From contig NC_068993.1 in NCBI RefSeq assembly GCF_001194135.2, positions 7,606,010-7,661,135 on the forward strand: a DNA stretch of 55,126 nt, read 5' to 3'. A program made the position numbers and the translations under genes. How positions within the stretch are numbered: the first letter of the stretch is position 1; each line of letters starts with the position of its first letter. The notes below the pieces were generated by a model. That model searched no databases. It was not told where the DNA came from and saw nothing but the letters and a program-made list of their open reading frames with translations. Source of the stretch: Octopus bimaculoides. Taxonomy: Eukaryota. This document shows, piece after piece, positions 52,414-55,126 of the stretch.

Positions 52414-52594
52414 ACCTATCTACCTATCTATATATCTATCTATCTATCTATCTATCCCTTCCTACGATCCCTTTTGATCGACACCACCATTTTTTTTTCT
52501 TTTTTTTTTCCTTCCTTCCCTCTCCCAAAAAGAAAAGCTCTACATTGTATTTGTCCCATCTTCGTTGAGCCCTGTGTGGCTAATAAAAGAAATG

Positions 52595-52664
<70 letters not shown>

Positions 52665-52669
52665 CCTAC

Positions 52670-52713
<44 letters not shown>

Positions 52714-52715
52714 AT
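52350..52715. repeat. (TATC)n tetranucleotide arrays
   Basis: Directly visible; the same motif occurs at 4915, 8650, 10280, 13965 (-), 37295, 42240, 45505. Confidence 0.95.
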
Positions 52716-53093
52716 AGTAAAGATTGTTTGCCAACATAACATGACAGTCCTGGTTTAGAACTAATGTATCTGTATTCCAACCAAACATGAATATGTGACT
52801 CCTAAATCTATCCAAGACTAGAACGAGAACATTGTACAAAGTTGTAGTCGTAGATAGATTCTGAATTCGATGGTTGGGTAATACTGGTGTAAATAACATA
52901 GCACTTACGACGGCAATATATATATATAAAATCATTAATTAACTAATCTTCCTGTTTTCTGTTCCCAAAGCCAGTAACTTTCAGCACTCTGTCGTGTGTG
53001 TGTGTGTGTGCGTGTGCGCGCGCGCATGTATTTATACACGCACACACGCATGCATACATAAACACACACAAATACGTACATACATATACACAC

Positions 53094-53130
<37 letters not shown>

Positions 53131-53631
53131 TATATATATACACACACAATAAAACACACACACACGCGAACATTTACACTCACACATGCGTATTTATATA
53201 TATATATATATGATTAAATGCATTGCTATGTTAGTAAAATTAATTATAAATATTAGTGATGCGGTTTCAATACCCGATAGTAATTATTAATTTCTCTTCT
53301 ACTTCCAATGATATTCGGTAGAATCAATCAATGAATAAACAAATAAACCATCTATTTCTACAACATTAGAAATCAAAAAGTCTGATCACGTTGATTAATA
53401 TATATTATACATCAAAAAAGACAAACAAATCGATCTACTATTTTATTTATATTTATTTCTCTATTTATATGCGTAGCGAATAAAGAGTGCAGTGTATACA
53501 ATTAGTTATTATATACACATTATTTATAAATTAATATACGTTATGTATATATGCATATGTGGGTATATATGTATATGTATGCGTTTTTATGTATATATAC
53601 CCACATATGCTGAAATATCTATCTATCTATC

Positions 53632-53680
<49 letters not shown>

Positions 53681-54217
53681 NNNNNNNNNNNNNNNNNNNN
53701 NNNNNNNNNNNNNNNNNNNNNNNNNNNNNNNNNNNNNNNNNNNNNNNNNNNNNNNNNNNNNNNNNNNNNNNNNNNNNNNNNNNNNNNNNNNNNNNNNNNN
53801 NNNNNNNNNNNNNNNNNNNNNNNNNNNNNNNNNNNNNNNNNNNNNNNNNNNNNNNNNNNNNNNNNNNNNNNNNNNNNNNNNNNNNNNNNNNNNNNNNNNN
53901 NNNNNNNNNNNNNNNNNNNNNNNNNNNNNNNNNNNNNNNNNNNNNNNNNNNNNNNNNNNNNNNNNNNNNNNNNNNNNNNNNNNNNNNNNNNNNNNNNNNN
54001 NNNNNNNNNNNNNNNNNNNNNNNNNNNNNNNNNNNNNNNNNNNNNNNNNNNNNNNNNNNNNNNNNNNNNNNNNNNNNNNNNNNNNNNNNNNNNNNNNNNN
54101 NNNNNNNNNNNNNNNNNNNNNNNNNNNNNNNNNNNNNNNNNNNNNNNNNNNNNNNNNNNNNNNNNNNNNNNNNNNNNNNNNNNNNNNNNNNNNNNNNNNN
54201 NNNNNNNNNNNNNNNNN

Positions 54218-54254
<37 letters not shown>

Positions 54255-54332
54255 TTATATGGATAGATATATATGTATATAAATGTATATATATACGTGT
54301 GTGTGCGTGTATATAATGTATATCTGCGTAAA

Positions 54333-54377
<45 letters not shown>

Positions 54378-55083
54378 CGTATAGATATGTATATAAATGT
54401 ATATATATGTATATAAATATTTATATATATATTTGTGTGTGTATGGATGGATGCATGTATCGTTGTTTGTATGTATAAAATTAAATCTTATTCTGTTTTG
54501 TTTTATTACCATTTTCTATTTCTTCAAGAAGGAAGGCAGTACCTATGACCATTTGCGAGGACTTCTGAGACTATTTGTGGGGAAGGAGGAAGTGATGGAA
54601 GAAGGACGAAGTTTGGGAGGAGCATAATCCTCAAAACAAACACAAATGCAATTAAATATATAAATGATTTATAAACAAAATTAGACAGCAAGAAAGACAT
54701 AGGTGAAATAATATATAGATTGAAAAGCAAACGATATAATCTCGATGTTGCCTAACGCATACCCTTCACGTAACTAATACGAGGGGAAAAAAATGGACGT
54801 CGATGACTTTAAAGTAAGGTGAAAGATCGTGTCTGAAAGATATATATCAAGAAGAAAAAAAACAGAAGAGATTGAATGAAAGAAAGAGAGAATGAAGAAG
54901 AATGAGGAGAGGTAAGAAAGAAGAGAGGAAGGAAGGAAAGAAGGCGAGTAAAATGTCTTCTCATTATGTGTAATGAGAATCGGAAGTATTATGGGTAATG
55001 CGAGTGTAATGTATTCTAATAATAATAATCTAAGCTAAGTAAACGATCGAGAATATATACTTTATTTGTATATTATGTTCGTG

Positions 55084-55126
<43 letters not shown>

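Noticed and set aside
54777-54800. TACGAGGGG resembling a mariner TIR start (similar at 2217, 6866, 22784)
   Set aside because: No matching opposite terminus found.

Overview
This is eukaryotic, AT-rich DNA saturated with microsatellites, from a gapped short-read assembly: 26 N-gaps, roughly 9 kb in total by my hand count, nearly all flanked by simple repeats. The SINE families and repeat density point to an octopod cephalopod genome. That is inferred from recognising the repeat families, not from a search. No complete host gene, rRNA, real tRNA gene or CRISPR array is visible. Almost every long ORF in the track is an artefact of N-runs or translated microsatellites. The window contains: (1) many copies of at least four tRNA-derived SINE-like families, called A-D here, plus another short dispersed repeat, E; (2) decayed retroelement and transposon coding remnants, namely a mariner HTH fragment, the 3' end of an R4/Dong-like restriction-like-endonuclease (RLE) LINE abutting a Penelope GIY-YIG fragment, and Penelope-type terminal fragments; (3) a 127-bp TA-flanked Tc1/mariner MITE; (4) a few weak splice-site-defined exon candidates. 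The best lead is a ~260-bp module encoding two canonical C2H2 zinc fingers plus an RTE-like 3' stem-loop. It occurs twice in opposite orientation with the same 5' junction and may be a non-autonomous retro-unit that mobilises a zinc-finger pair. The second lead is a near-perfect 76-bp fold-back at the window start, in which one segment is inverted relative to a diverged neighbouring copy. No major new system can be claimed from sequence alone.
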